DNA of 64,000 nucleotides, taken from positions 33,792,001 through 33,856,000 of the forward strand of contig NC_087436.1 of NCBI RefSeq assembly GCF_036321535.1. Direction: 5' to 3'. The translations under genes were made by a program, and so were the position numbers. Positions within the stretch are counted from its first letter, which is position 1; each line of letters begins with the position of its first letter. Shown piece after piece: positions 23,201 through 37,095 of this stretch. Under the pieces are notes generated by a model, which saw only the letters and a program-made list of their open reading frames with translations, was not told where the DNA came from and searched no databases. Origin of the DNA: Camelus dromedarius. Lineage: Eukaryota.

Positions 23201-25888
23201 TTATTTGAGGCTCTGGAGGAGGCAGTCTGCACTGTAGAGGACTGTAGGAAAAAATTTGTGACCAAGTGAATCTTTGAGAACATTTAAATTTCATTGAGCT
23301 CTTCTCACTATCTAAAAAAACCTCAGAACAGAGGGATAAAGGGTCAATAATTTACTCTTGTGGTAGAGTCTGGACTATTTTTAACGAATATTTTTATTTG
23401 ATTATCTTTTATCTTGGTGATCACATGCATTCACTAGGAATCACAATTTCTAGCTTATTTGAAAAACTTGCAGATAGTTTACTAAGTAAGCCAGCAGAAA
23501 TATCATGCAGTGATATGTGCGAAATGTCCTACAAATGAAAATTAAACAGTGGTTGCTGAAAAAGAACAACAGATTAAATGGAACTTAAAGTTGTAGAGCA
23601 TCTGAGTTCTTTATGTAAAAAAAACAACACTTGAAAAATTATTTCTTACCTGTGAAATTTTCTAGAAACTTTAATCACAGAAAATGTAGTCTCTATACGG
23701 AAGTATTTGGCCCACCCCTGAGCTAATCCAAAACAATTTTTTCACCTCATGTTTATTATTTTGGTTAAAATAACTCTTTAAATTTAGTTATTTTATTATT
23801 TCAAGAACAAAAACAATTACTAACACCTCCATTAATCAATTTAGAAAACACAATAAAGTTTTTTTTCAAGTGTAATTAATATTTTTTTAAACAAGTAAAT
23901 GTGTAGACTAGAGAGGTCCAAATGATTTAAATCATTCTAGCTACCCACTAGTTTTCATTTATTAGAATGTCAGTGTTTGGTATTAGGTTCTGAAATCGGA
24001 GCATGACATAAGTGCTCTATGTCAGACCACTTAATATATAGCCTGCTCTACTTCACAGAGTGCTTGTTTCTTAGAATACCAAAGAAAGGTCCTGAAGATA
24101 CCCTGTGGTGTTTTACATGTTAATATTATGGCTAAAACTGGTAGTTACATCTAATTCTCTTCTGCAATTTCTTGGCTAAAACTTGAAAGTAGAAGACTAT
24201 GTTGTCTCATATAGCATTTTAAGAGGTGTTTTTTTTTTTTTTTCTTTTTCTGGCCAGTTCATTGCATTTGGAAAGGTCTTATTCTTCCAGCATATTTAAG
24301 ATTCACGGCAATTTCTCTCTCTCTTTTTGTTGTCAATACTTTAATGAGTTAATTGTTTATAGTTGGTAATTTTACAAAACTACTGTTGTGTTCTTTATTT
24401 ACTGGTTTAAAAACACCATGTGGGTGGGCAAGACACTACTGCGGAGCTGCCACCATGCCAGCTGGCCACCTCAGTGTCTCACGGTGGGTGTCCAGCTTCG
24501 TTCAACTGCCATATGACATGAAACAGGGCTTTGACCCTTGCAGCACTTCTGCTTGTAAAAGTGAGCCAGGCTATAAAAATCATGATGATTTCATCAACAG
24601 TAGGTCCTCCAATGATACATTCCATGCTTTGGTTATTTACTGTACACGGTCAGCAGAGCAATGCCTTGTCAAATTTAGCACTTTGTAAAAGGGTTTAAAA
24701 GGACTGGAAATAGATCATTGTTGCTAAAGATTTTCTGTAGACATCAAAGCTAGAAAGTAATTATTAATTACCCTATTTTGTAATACATACTATACTAACT
24801 GATATCAGCCTCCTTTAGATTTAATATGTTGGAATTTTATATATAAGCTCACTTTTGAATCTACAATTATTAAAATATACAGTGCCAGGATAAAATTCCA
24901 CAGTCTGGACTTTGCTTTTACTCTTCCTTGACTATTTGAACCATATTTCTAAGCAAAGTCAATTCAAATTATGCATCTTGAGTGTTGAGCTCCTCTAGAC
25001 ACAAGTGCATCAGTGGAATTATGTTAATAATCAGTACTGAAGTGCTAGGGATAGATTTTTCTCTTTGGTTTTTATGGATTTACATGTGCAGACTCATAAA
25101 GTACAGACAAAAAAGCAGCATAAGAATGTGGTAATACTAGCTTATTCAACAGAGGTTAGTAAACTTTTGGTTTGTCCCACCAAGACAAAGGTGATATCCT
25201 AATGACCTTTTGCAGAACTAAAATTAGATGCAAAATATTTCCATATATTATCTCAGAGAAGAATCATTGTCATAAAAATCTGCTTAGACTCTCTAAAACA
25301 TTACTTATCTCTGTAGAAAAGAACACACAAATGCACAGAGATAATAGCATATAAGGTTACATAGTACTCAACCAAATCTCCACCACAGAGGTGGAATAAC
25401 AAGATGGCTTTCAATGTTCCTTTGAGTGTTGAGCACATATGATTCTAGGATTTGATGACTATAGATGAAATTTTCCACATTTTTACATCAGGGTCAATAA
25501 TTTTCTAGTATTTTAGTACTATTATGATTTTTTTTTAAAGGACTGAAGTTCTATTTATTGGCCAGAAAAGAATAAAACTAGAAAAATAGAAGTCTGCTTG
25601 TTTCTGCCATGATAGGATACTGGTACATTTCCATTTCTTTTTTTGAGACTCATATTTTCTCATTATGCCCTGAAGACTTTAAGTGAACGAAACCTCCACA
25701 TTTGGTTCACAAATAGCCAATTTTCAGGAAGCTCCTTTGCTTGAGTACCTCTATTATCCTAATCATTCCAGACTGTACTGCACAAGTTAGAGTTCAAAAA
25801 TACACTGAGTACATAAATAAAGGAGGACAGGTTTTTGCTCTGTCAGGGAATACTAATAAGTCTACCATATAGTCAACTTGATACACAA

Positions 25889-26292
25889 TTTTTTTTTAAC
25901 TGAGGTATAATTGACATGCAATATTATATTAGTTTCAGGTGTAAAACATAATGATTCAATATTTAAACATATTGCAAATTGATTACCACAAAAAGTCTAG
26001 TTAATATCTGTCCCCATATGTAGTTCCACATTTTTTCTTATTTTTTTCTTGTCATGAGAACTTTTAAGATCTACTCTCTTAACAACGTTCAAATACAAAA
26101 TACAGTGTTACTAACTATACTAACCGAGCTGTAGATTACTTCCCTATGACTTATTTATTGTATACATTTGTACCTTTTAACTCCCTGCACCCATTTGGAC
26201 AATCTGCCCACTGCCCTGCCTCCGGCCACCACCAATCTGTTCCCTGTATCTATGAGATACATAGTTTTTTGTTTTGTTTCTTTTGTTTTAGT
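25889..26292 (-). mobile_element. L1 3'UTR fragment (L1MA9-like)
   Basis: T-tract then ttaactgaggtataattgaca...tttcaggtgtaaaacataatgattc...gagaacttttaagatctactctctta...ccaccaatctgttc. Confidence 0.85.
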
Positions 26293-26307
26293 TCCTATGG
26301 ACTAACA

Positions 26308-26432
26308 CAGGCAAACAATGGAGATATTGCAGGTTCAGTTCCAAACTACCACAATTAAGTGAGTCACACAAACTGGAGTCGGTCTTTTCAAACCATGACA
26401 ATGCTTTATCAACTAAGTTTATATAATATTCT
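26308..26432 (+). mobile_element. Tigger1-like DNA transposon end fragment
   Basis: caggca..ggagatattgcaggttcagttccaaactaccacaat..gagtcacac (Tigger1 terminus), then tgctttatcaactaagtttat. Confidence 0.75.
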
Positions 26433-27341
26433 CAAGCGAAATCTATTAATGACTGTATTTAAAATGTCCAATACAATAATCTCTAAGTCCTTACTTATTT
26501 AAACCCATTGTGGCTATTCTGTATGTATTCCAGACTTGCCCACTTCAGAACTCCAGCAAGATTGATACACTCACTGGCTATGCTACCCCAAGACCAGATA
26601 AACCTGAAATATGCTGACCCAAGCAGTTTGGCAAACACTTTGAACATCCTGTAGCTTACGTTTATAAATAGAGGTTGTAGTGCCCTAGAGATAGGCTTAG
26701 GGGATGTGATACCATAATATAAAATAGCACACATCTCCTTAAATCATCACTTTTAGTCTCAGATTAGGGCAAGGTTTTTCATTAAATAAATATTTCCATA
26801 CCTTGGTTTTAAAACATTATTCCATCTATCTTTGTAGATTCTGCCATATTACTGATATAAGAAATATAAAGACTCAAAGCCATAATGAGGTTAAGAGGCA
26901 TTTACTACTATTGAATCAGGGAAAATGTGATTCTACACAGGTGAATTATGCTGCAGAGAATAAAAATTTCAAGTAAACCACAAAGAATAACTTGGGAAGT
27001 TTGTTTAAAGAATTTGCTCCTGTATGGATTCAGATGGGGGAAAGGAGCCCATGTAAAGATAATCTCAGATCAAAGGCAAGAATGGGGCCCATAAAGGCAA
27101 AAGCCGTATTGTTTCCCAGGGAAAAGTGATCAGTGAAATTAAACAAGTTTCGGCTATTTTCAGAATTGCTGATAATAGCATTGCTTACTGTGACACTGCT
27201 GAATACATGGGTAAAATCTAACACTTGAATTGTCACTTGGAGAAAAAGAACAGAAGAGGGAAAAACAAACAAACAAACAAAAGCACAACTAAACTAAAAC
27301 AGAAAAAAAAATGAAATGAAATTGAAAGAAAGTGTCAAATG

Positions 27342-27487
27342 CAGTTGACCCTTGAACACCATGGATTTGAACTGCATGGGTCCACTTATATTCAGATTTT
27401 TTTCAAAAGTAAATATTTTGGTGGTACATGATCTGATCCAGAATTGGTTGAATCTGAGGATGCAGAACTGGATATAAAGAAACCTCA
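27342..27487 (+). mobile_element. MER8/Tigger2-type MITE, left part
   Basis: Terminal inverted repeat (TIR) cagttgacccttgaaca..ggatttgaactgc..gggtccacttata. Confidence 0.85.
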
Positions 27488-28674
27488 AGTAAACAAAATT
27501 TACAAACTTCTGGCCAGGCTCAACAAGAAGAAAAGAGAGAGAACATAAATAAATAAAATAAGAAAGGAAAATGGAGAAATTCCAACCAACACCAGAGAAA
27601 TTAAAAAAAAAAAAAAAACATGAGAGAATACTAAGAACAACTACATGGCAACAGATTGGACAAACTAGAAGCGGGGGACAAGTTTCTAGAAATATGAGTC
27701 CACCAAACTGAATCAAGAAGAAAAAGATTATTTGAACAGACCAATCACTAGAAGTGAAATAGAATCAGCAATAAAAAACCTCCCTGCAAAAAGAAAAGTC
27801 CAGGACCAGGTGGTTTCACTGGGGAATTCTATCAAACATACAAAGAAGAGCTCATACCAATCCTTCTCAAACGCTTCCAAAAGACTGAAGAGGAAGGAAT
27901 ACTCTCCAACTCATTCTATGAAGCCATCATCACCCTGATACCAAAGCTAGACAAAGACACTACCAAAAAAGAAAGCTATAGGCCAATATCGTTGGTGAAC
28001 ATAGATGCAAAAATTCTCAACAAAATATTAGCAAACAGAATTCAACAACACATAAAAAAGATCTTATACTACAATCAAGTTGGATTCATCCCAGGGACAC
28101 AACGATGGCTCAACATACACAAATTAATCAACGTGATACATCACATCAACAAAGGATAGGACAAAAAACTTATGATTATCTCAATAGATGCAGAAAAGCA
28201 TTTGATAAAATTCAACACCCATTTATGATAAAAACTCTTACCAAAGTGACTATAGAGAGAACATATCTCAACATAATAAAAGCTATTTATGATAAACCCA
28301 CAACCAGCGTAATACTCAATGGTGAAAAGCTGAAAGTGTTCCCACTAAAATTTGGAAAAGACAAGGATGCCAACTCTCACCACTTCTATTCAACATAGTA
28401 CTGGAAGTCCTATTGATAGCAATGAGGCAAGAGAAAGAAATAAAAGAGATCCAAATTGTAAGAGAAGAAGTAAAATTGTCACTGTATGCAGATGACATGA
28501 TATTATATATAGAAAACTCTAAAGGCTCCAAACAAAAATGACTAGAGGTGATAAAAGAATTCAGCAAGGTAGCAGGATACAAGATTAACATACAGAAATC
28601 AATTGCATCTCTTCACACTAACAATGAGTTATCAAAAAAAAGGTATGTAAAGAAAGAATCCCTTTTAAAATCAC

Positions 28675-28714
<40 letters not shown>

Positions 28715-30221
28715 TACCTAGGAATAAACTGACCAAGTAGGTGAAAGACTTATGCATGGAGCACTACAAAACACTGCTTAAGGAAATTAAAGATGTATTA
28801 AAGAAATGGAAAGATATTCCATGCCCTTGGATTGGAAGAATCAATATTGTTAAAATGGCCATACTACCCAAAGCAATCTACAGACTTAATGCAATCCCTA
28901 TTAAATTACCCAAGTCATTTTTCACCAAACTAGAACAAATGATCCTAAAATTTATATGGATTCACTAAAGACCCAGAATTGCCAAAGCAATATTGAAGAA
29001 AAAGAATGAAGCTGAAGGAATAACCCTCCCAGACTTCAGACAATACTACAAGCTACCATAATCAAAACAGCATTGTACTTGCATAAAAATAGACATAGGG
29101 ATCAATGGAACAGAATAGAGAGCCCAAAAATAGACCCACAAACTGACAGTCAATTAATCTTCAAAAAAGGAGGCAAGAATATACGATGGAGAAAAGACTG
29201 TCTCTTCAGCAATTCGTGTTGGGAAAATGGGACAGCTGCATGTAAATAAATGAATTTAGAACACTCCCTCACACCATACACAAAAATTAACTCAAAACGG
29301 CCTAAAGACATAAACATAAAACAAGACACTATAAACCTCTCAGAAGAAAACACAGGCAAAACATTTTCTGATATAAATCTTAGCTATGTTCTCCTAGGGC
29401 AGTCTACCCAGGCAATAGAAATAAAAGCAAAAATGAACAAATGGGACCTAATTAAACATATAAGCTTTTGCAAAGCAAAGGAAACCATAAGCAAAACAAA
29501 ACAACAACCTACAGAATGGGAGAAAATATTTGCCAATGATGCAACAGACAAGGGCTTAATTTCCAGAATCTATAAACAGTGCAAACAACTTAATAACAAA
29601 AAAACCAAAAAACCTAATCCATAAATGGGCAGGAGACCTAAATAAGCAATTCTCCAGTGAAGACATAGAAATGGCCAGTAGGCACATGAAAAAATGCTCA
29701 ATATCAGTAATTATCAGAGAAATGCAAATAAGAACTACAATGAAGTATCACTTCACATCAGTCAGAATGGCCACCATTAAAAAGTCCACAAACAATAAAT
29801 GCTGGAGAGGGTGTAGAGAAAAGGGAACCCTCTTACACTGTTGGTGGGAATCATAGTGCAGGCATTATGGAAAACAGTATGGAGATTTCTCAAAAAGCTA
29901 AAAAGAGACTTAACCACATGATCCAGCAATCACACTCCAGACATATATTCAGGAGGGGACTCTAATTCAAAAAGATACATGCATCCCAGGGTTCTATTTA
30001 CAATAGCCAAGACATGCATACAATTTAAATGTGCATCAACCGATGACTGGATAAAGAAGTTGTGGTATATTTATACAATGGAATACGACCCCACCATGAA
30101 AAAGAATAAAACAATGCCATTTTCAGCAACATCAATGGATCTAGAGACAGTCATTCTAAGTGAAGTAAGCCAGAAAGAGAAAGAAAAATACCATATGATA
30201 TCACTTGTATGTGGAATCTCA
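27488..30221 (+). pseudogene. Disrupted partial L1 ORF2 (reverse transcriptase)
   Basis: RT motifs including SLYADDMI (codons at ~28479-28502); multiple frameshifts and stops; endonuclease domain absent. Confidence 0.92.
28677..28712. repeat. (CA)18 microsatellite inside L1 ORF2
   Basis: Directly visible. Confidence 0.97.
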
Positions 30222-30565
30222 AAAAACAAAAAGACACAAATGAACTTATTTACAAAACAGAAACAGACTCAGAGACATAGAAAACAAACTCATGGTTACC
30301 AACGGGGAAAGAGGATGGGAAGGGATAAATTGGGAGTTCAAGATGTGCAGATACTACTTACTATATATAAAATAGATAAACAACAAGTTTATACCATATA
30401 CCACAGGCAACTATATTCAATACCTTGTAGTAACCTATAATGAAAAAGAATATGAAAACAAATACATGTATGTATATGTATGACTGAAGCATTACGCTGT
30501 ACACCAGAAATTGACACAACATTGTGAACTGACTAGATCTCAATTAAAAAAAGAAAGTAACCTCA

Positions 30566-30655
30566 GATTTGAAGGGTTAGTTATAAATTATACATGGATT
30601 TTTGACTGCCTGGATGGTGGGGGACCCTAACCCTGCATTGTTCGAAAGTTAAATG
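30566..30655 (+). mobile_element. MER8/Tigger2-type MITE, right part
   Basis: ttatacatggatttttgactgc...ccctaaccctgcattgttcgaaagttaaatg followed by TA; degenerate reverse complement of the left TIR. Confidence 0.8.
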
Positions 30656-31370
30656 TAGTCACAAAGTATCTCCACCCCCTCCCGTATACTAATTGAGTCC
30701 AAAGGCAATATAGTAACTTTATAGTAGAGAATTCTTGCAGTTACCACCGTCACCAAATGATCAATTTAAAATAATTAGTAATGGGTCAAATCAAGATCAA
30801 GTCTTCTGGTATGATATACTGAGAAGAATACAAAATCACTTCTGTGATACTCCATCAAAATACAAACTCTGAATACAACCATGAGGAAATATCAGACAAA
30901 ACTAAACTGAGAGACACTGTATATTCCTCATAAGAGCTAAGGCCATGAAAGACAATCTAAAGACCTGTTCCAAATTAAAGAAGATTAAACAGTATCACAG
31001 CTCAATGAAACATGTGATTGTATTAGATTCTTGACCAGGTGAAGGATATTATGGAGAAATTTTCAAAATTTGAATAAGATCTACAGATTAGATAATTCTA
31101 TTATGTCGGTGGTGACTTTCTGATATTTGTAATTGTACTTTGGTCATGCAAGACTGTCCTTGTTTCTAGGAAATTGTTTAGGGGCAGAAGGAGTCCTGTC
31201 CATCATTTACTTTTAAATGGTTCAGAAAATTCCATAGTCTCTATGTATTTTATGTGGTAAACTGTTCATATCTGGGGAATCTCAGTGTAAAGTGTAGGCA
31301 GGGATTCGCTGAGCTATTTTGCAATGTATCTATAATCCTTTTATTTATAGATGAAACGTTAAGAAAATAA
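30656..31370 (+). mobile_element. L1MC4/5-like 3'UTR
   Basis: tagtcacaaagtatctcc...atagtaactttatagtagagaa...catgaggaaatatcagacaaa...tttacttttaaatggttcagaaa...ggggaatct. Confidence 0.75.
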
Positions 31371-32454
31371 AATCCATGATAATCATAAGCTGCTAGTCAG
31401 TTCTGAACGATCCATACTTTTAATCTGCTATAAGCATAGTAGTTTTGCCCAGACTTAGCTGATCTGCTCCCAAGAAATCTTGGCTAATGTTTATGTCAGT
31501 CACACCTCACATAGCTTTGTCAGTCATGGTTCACATGTTTTTGTTTCTATAAAATTTCATTCTGGCTATTGATTTTATTAGAAATTCCTTAGGTGCAAAA
31601 CAGTTTGACCTTATCCAGAGGAATACATTTACCAAACGTTTTCTGAGCCCCTTCATCTGGAAGCATTGAAAGTGTCTACTGGGGAAAAGTAAAGAGAAGA
31701 GTACAGACATGTATGTGGATTACACATCCTCTTAGGGAAAATAAAGTTCTAAGGTAAATTTTTCTCAACTAACAAAATTTCATAATCCTTTATATAACTC
31801 CCTCTGAAAGGCCAAATTATTTGTAAAAGATATGCTGGGACACCCATGTGTATGTTATTGGACTCATCCTTCTGGACATATCAAATTAGACCAGAGTTTA
31901 TATTTTACCTAAAGAGAGTCAACAAACTGATTGGCTAAGAAGCAGTCTGATCTTTAAAAGAAAAAAAAAAATCTACTCAGAAACACATATAGCTGTAGGC
32001 TCTGGAGCTGAAGTTCCACTGAGAGTCAAGGCTTGAGACAGTACCACAATAAACCCAAGCAAAGCAAAGGACAGACACAGACTATGAGTCAGTAGAGAAA
32101 TCAAATCCTCAGGTTGCAGTCTCAGGTAGAAAAGACACTGCATTTCTTCTCTGGAACAGACACAGACAGTTGCTGCCTCACATCCTGATACATTAAATCC
32201 TCCAAAAGTCACATGTGTCTTCTTTCCTGCAAACTTTCCGTTTCCTTTTCAGTATTCTGTATTTGGGCAGGTCTTAGTGTCTGTTCCTTGAAACAACAGA
32301 CATTTAAGTAATTTTTCTACTCCTGTTGCTCAAAGCTAACTCCCAAAAGAGTGACCAAATGGTAGATAGCAGATTAAAAAGTAAACAAAACAAAAAATGA
32401 TCACCAATTCATAAGACTTTAAAATATAATACATTTGCATACTTTTAAGTAGAG

Positions 32455-32650
32455 AGACTATGAAGCTAAGAGACTACTTGGATTATGGTTCTGGTTCTGT
32501 CACTTGTCAACTAAATTGCTTTGAGTAATCATTTCTAAAACATATGAACACTAATTTGTTTTCTATACATTGAGAAAACTGTCCGTATCACTGAGCAAGG
32601 AGAATAGAACTGTATAATAAAGTCACTTTCTAAGGCTTTGTATAATTGTT
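32455..32650 (+). mobile_element. MIR SINE remnant
   Basis: gactacttggatt..tctggttctgtcactt...ctttgagtaatcattt; weak MIR core. Confidence 0.45.
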
Positions 32651-32984
32651 AAGCTAGTCAAATTTTATATGGGGCTGAAAGTCAACTCTGGAAAAAATTC
32701 TCTGTCACATTTGTAGTAAGATTGAAAAACAGAAGTCTGACTGGAAGGAAGGAGAAACACTCTCACAGACTACAATAAGAGCATAATAATGTAGAATACT
32801 TGCAGAGTTGTCTAAGTGCCAACTTCCACTTTATCTGAAATATCACAGCATTTTATTTTTATTATTATTACTTTCTCATCTTTGATTTCTCAACAAATAT
32901 GTATAGAATTAAAAAAAACACAAGTAAACAATAAATTTTCTACCAAATTCTGGCAACCTAGTAATCATTAATACTATGCTTTAG

Positions 32985-33130
32985 TAGTTTAGCTTTGGAA
33001 TCTCAGTTTGAATCATGATTTTGCAACTTAATTGTTGCATGTATGAATTTGGAAAGTCACCCAGGTGAAGTAAGCCACATGTGAGTTTTGCAAGGATTAA
33101 ATGTAATGGTTTATGTGATAGTGAGTGCTC
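32985..33130 (+). mobile_element. MIR SINE remnant
   Basis: gctttggaatc..tttgaatc..ttttgcaactta...ttggaaagtcac...aggattaaatgtaat. Confidence 0.5.
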
Positions 33131-33719
33131 TCTGCTTTAGATCTGTAATTAAATCAGATTTCTCTGGAGTAATTTTGAGATATCCTAACAGTGTTTACTT
33201 TACAGATATTACCACAGTGGCTATTTGATTGAGTTATTTAAAATTACTTTTTACAAGTTACATAAATTCAACTTCAACCAGGCACACAACAAGAGGAAGA
33301 TCTGTTTATATATATAGCTCGCAGAGGTTACTATACTCTATACATCACTACTTTGCCCATAGAAGGACACTGAGAACCTTTTCTTAAATCTATGGTTAAA
33401 AACCTGGGAAGGTCTATGATCAGCCAGGTTTTGGCTGAACTTTAATCCTGGGTCTATCATTTCTGGACTAAGAAAGATGGATTTAGGATTCAGAGAGAAG
33501 GGTTGCTAGTCCAAGAAAAAAAAAAAAAAAAGGCAGGGGTGGCTGCTGGGAAAACAATGGATGTCTACTTAGGAATGATACCCAAAATATTTAAGAACTG
33601 TTACTTCACTGTCTTCAGTCAGTCAGAACAGAGGCAAACGGACCTGCTGGAGCAAATCTGAGACTCACTATTGGACAGACATATTGGCTGCAGGCTGGCT
33701 CCCTCCCCTCCTGAAAATT

Positions 33720-33932
33720 TTATTAAAATTCCAACTTCTCACTGAGTCCTAATTTGGCCACCTTTATGTCCATAGTAACATTCATATAACATATCAAATA
33801 TATTTTAAATTATTTTTACATATCTATCCCAACTAGAGTGTAATTTCCACGGGGGCAAAGATTTTGTTTTATAATGCTGTGTTTCTAGCCTGGAAAAAAT
33901 ACCAATTATAAATACCTATTAAATGAATGAAC
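33720..33932 (+). mobile_element. L2 3' end
   Basis: actagagtgtaatttccacgggggcaaagattttgt...gtgtttctagcc...ataaatacctattaaatgaatgaa. Confidence 0.7.
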
Positions 33933-35289
33933 TATGCTCTTTGTTTAAAATACTGTTGACTGTATACTGCCTTATTACTATTGGAGTCCTATAAAAAGGT
34001 GGCATTATATAGATGGCTTCATTCATAAAGCTCATTCTTGGAAAATGCCTACATTCCATGGAAAGCTGAAAAGAAATATATTATATACTATAATAAGTAA
34101 TTTAGTTCCATGTAGAGAAATTTGTTATATTTGTAAATTAAACAACACATTTTCAAATGCTCTCATTTTTGGAATTTAATTACATAGATATATTTATTTT
34201 TCAAATTGCTCTTTTGGTCCGGATGGAGAATTCTTAACTTACTAAATGGGACTCTCCATTGTAATAAAAGCAAAAACACATAAACACATTTAGGCTTGTC
34301 TTTTGGATGTGTAATGAAAGTCATCACAGGGATGACTCCTGGAGCAGTGTTAAATATGTTTGCCGAGCAGGTACCTGTAGTTCATGACCATTGGGGAAGC
34401 CGCAAGGAATAAGGCACAGAGACTGAGCTATAGTTCTATGTACATATTTTCTCCACCTCTGCTTTCTTGTTTCTCACAGCTTGATCCAGTGATCAAGCCT
34501 GTTTCAGTTTCCAAGTCAACACAACATATGACAAGGAAAAGAGCTGAATTGTATTAGTAGTCTTCACTTACTTTTAGCTCCAGTTTCTCTCATTTTGGGG
34601 AGTTTAAGACAGTATTCAGATAGGTGGGGGAGTATAAAATAATCTTTTCTTGGTTTTTTTTTAGATTAATGATTTTTTGTATGTATGTTGGGGGCTGGGG
34701 TGGATGGATAACAACTATAGTTATGAAATTTTTCAGGTTTCTGTCCCCTGCTGGACCATCCAACCAGATTCATAACCAATGTGTAGTATACAGTGATGTA
34801 CTGCTGGTTTTGTACATAAATGTCAAGACATAGGACTCCTTTTTATAACTCTTTACAATAATTTATGAAATTAGCCAAACAGATAAGTCTTCTTCTTAAG
34901 CACTGCCCCCTTTAACTCACGTCCATTAACACCTAATATGCCCAGATTCTAGAATTAAATCCCTGATCTCAAGCCCAGACCTTATATATGTCCCTAACAT
35001 GCTGCTAATTCTCTTAGGCATGGGCATATCTGCTGCATTAAAAAGAATAACAACAACAACAGAAAATACTCTCTTAGAGTGAATCCTTTGTATACATTGC
35101 TATTGAGTCTTCAATTTGAACCAAACAATTTCTTATTCTTAATATGTCTCGTATGGCTTTTGAAGCATTTAGAACTTTCCCAAATGCCACACCCAAGGAT
35201 GACGACATAAATTGAAGTTTAGAAGCTACTGAATTTAACACAAGGGGCAACTGCTAAGCCTGCCACTATTTAGAACAGCAGAAAGGCAA

Positions 35290-36890
35290 AAATTCCCAGG
35301 AATAAACTTAACAAGAAAAGTGTAAAATGCTACTGATGGGTATAAGAATTTTGAATAAATTGAAAGGTAAGTGCTGTTCTTTGAATGGAGGACTTTGAAC
35401 TTTGCAGATGATAACTCTTCGTAAGTTATTTTACAGCTTAATAAGATATCATTAAAAGTATTCATACAAATTTTTTTGGAATAAGAGATATTTCTAACAT
35501 AAATTTAGAAAATGTATAAAAATAAGCAGAAAAATTCTGGAAAATAGTTACGAGGGGAAAAATAAAAGGTAAAGGACAGATGATGTCTTATATAAATTAT
35601 ATAAAGCTAAAGCAATTAAAGTTGTTTTCTCCTGGTGCACAAGTAGAAAGAGTGATAAAACAAAGGCCAGAAATAGACCCAAATATATGGGTAGAAATAA
35701 AAATAATAAGAATACTTCAAAAGAGTATATAGAAATGGTGTAGGGACAACTTAATAATCATAGGAAATAACACTCGGCTAGCCGACTCACTTCTTAAGCA
35801 AAAGAACTTCTAGAAAAATAAAAAATTTAAATGAAATAAAGAAAGAATAAAAGGAAATACTGAAGACTGACGTTTCATATAATGACAGCAAAGAAGTCTT
35901 TGCTAGGGATGGTACCCAGACATTCATTACAGAAAAGATTGAATAATGTGATTTAATAAAAGTAAAATTCTCCATAGAAGATACCATGTATACATTGAAA
36001 AACCAAAAGACCAACTTAACAATATTACTGACAGAAGACTGAGTAAGAATAATATCAGTAAAATATACTTAAAATATAAAGAGCTTGAAAATAAGAAAAT
36101 ATACATTGACAAAGAACATAAAATGAGTGAAAGGCATGAATTAAGACTTTTCCAGCAAGAAATAGATATACTGGCTTTTAAATTCATGAAACAAAAATCA
36201 GCCCCTTTGTGAAATTAAAAAGGATAGGAAATTAAAAATATACTGAGAAAAAGCTTCCATAACAAATTGTAATATTGTATTTTCAGGAGTAGGGAAACAG
36301 ATATTCTTAGATGTACCTTTTGGCCATATCAAATAGTATGCTATCCTTAGCAGGCATTTTGATAATATAAAACTATGATGGCATATATTTTTTGAACAAG
36401 AAATTTTAATTATAGAATATATCTTGTAGAAATACTTGTATTCAGACACATATAAATAAATGTGAGTAAGGGATATTTATTGTCGCATTGCTTGATTTCG
36501 AAAGTGTGTAAGCAACCAAACTGAATATCAACTGGAGACCTTGTATTTTAAAATATGGGATGTAATATGTATTGATTAAGATTTACAGAATACACTACTG
36601 AAATACATGTTAAGATATATTGTTAAGCAAATGAAAAGTGAGATTTGGAACCATGATTTACCTCTTATGTAAATAAGTAAAAGTGATATATACATATATG
36701 CTTACATACAGTTGAGATTATCACTAGGAATATGAATTAGTAAAAATATGGACCAGACTATAGACAGGATGTACTTATCACTGTAGACAGTTTTATACCT
36801 TTTGATTTTGTACTTTTAAAAAAATGAGCATAAAATACGTATTTCGAATAAATAAATGTTTGTAAAGTATATTTTAATAAATAAACCTAC
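35290..36890 (+). mobile_element. Very old L1 (L1ME-like) ORF2/3'UTR remnants
   Basis: ccaggaataaacttaacaaga, ccagaaatagacccaaatatatgg, aaatggtgtagggacaac, aaggcatgaattaagac, agaaatacttg. Confidence 0.65.
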
Positions 36891-36919
36891 CAGTTTAAAA
36901 AATCCCTTGTTTTAGGTAT

Positions 36920-37095
36920 TGCGAGTAGAGCATGGATTTGGAGTCAGAAACACTTGGATTCACTTGCTAGCTACAAACTAAGTTATAAACTGTGTGGATT
37001 TGGATAATATAATTAATCTTTATAAATTAATTTTTTTAAATCTGAAAACTGGGTAATAAAACATAAGCTAAAGATTCTTCTAAATTAAATGTAGG
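36920..37095 (+). mobile_element. MIR SINE remnant
   Basis: agagcatggatttggagtcaga..cttggattca...ctgtgtggatttgga...atctgaaaactggg. Confidence 0.6.

Larger units (their letters stand above)
27488..30553 (+). mobile_element. 5'-truncated lineage-specific LINE-1 (ORF2 RT and C-terminal region, 3'UTR, poly-A)
   Basis: ORF track fragments [65 protein letters not shown] aaagaaacctca (27476-27487) and aaagtaacctca (30554-30565). Confidence 0.95.

Noticed and set aside
29979..30440. Longest ORF (153 aa)
   Set aside because: It is the L1 ORF2 C-terminus running into the 3'UTR because the stop reads TCA at 30219-30221 (TAA at 14981-14983 in the other copy); not a host gene.
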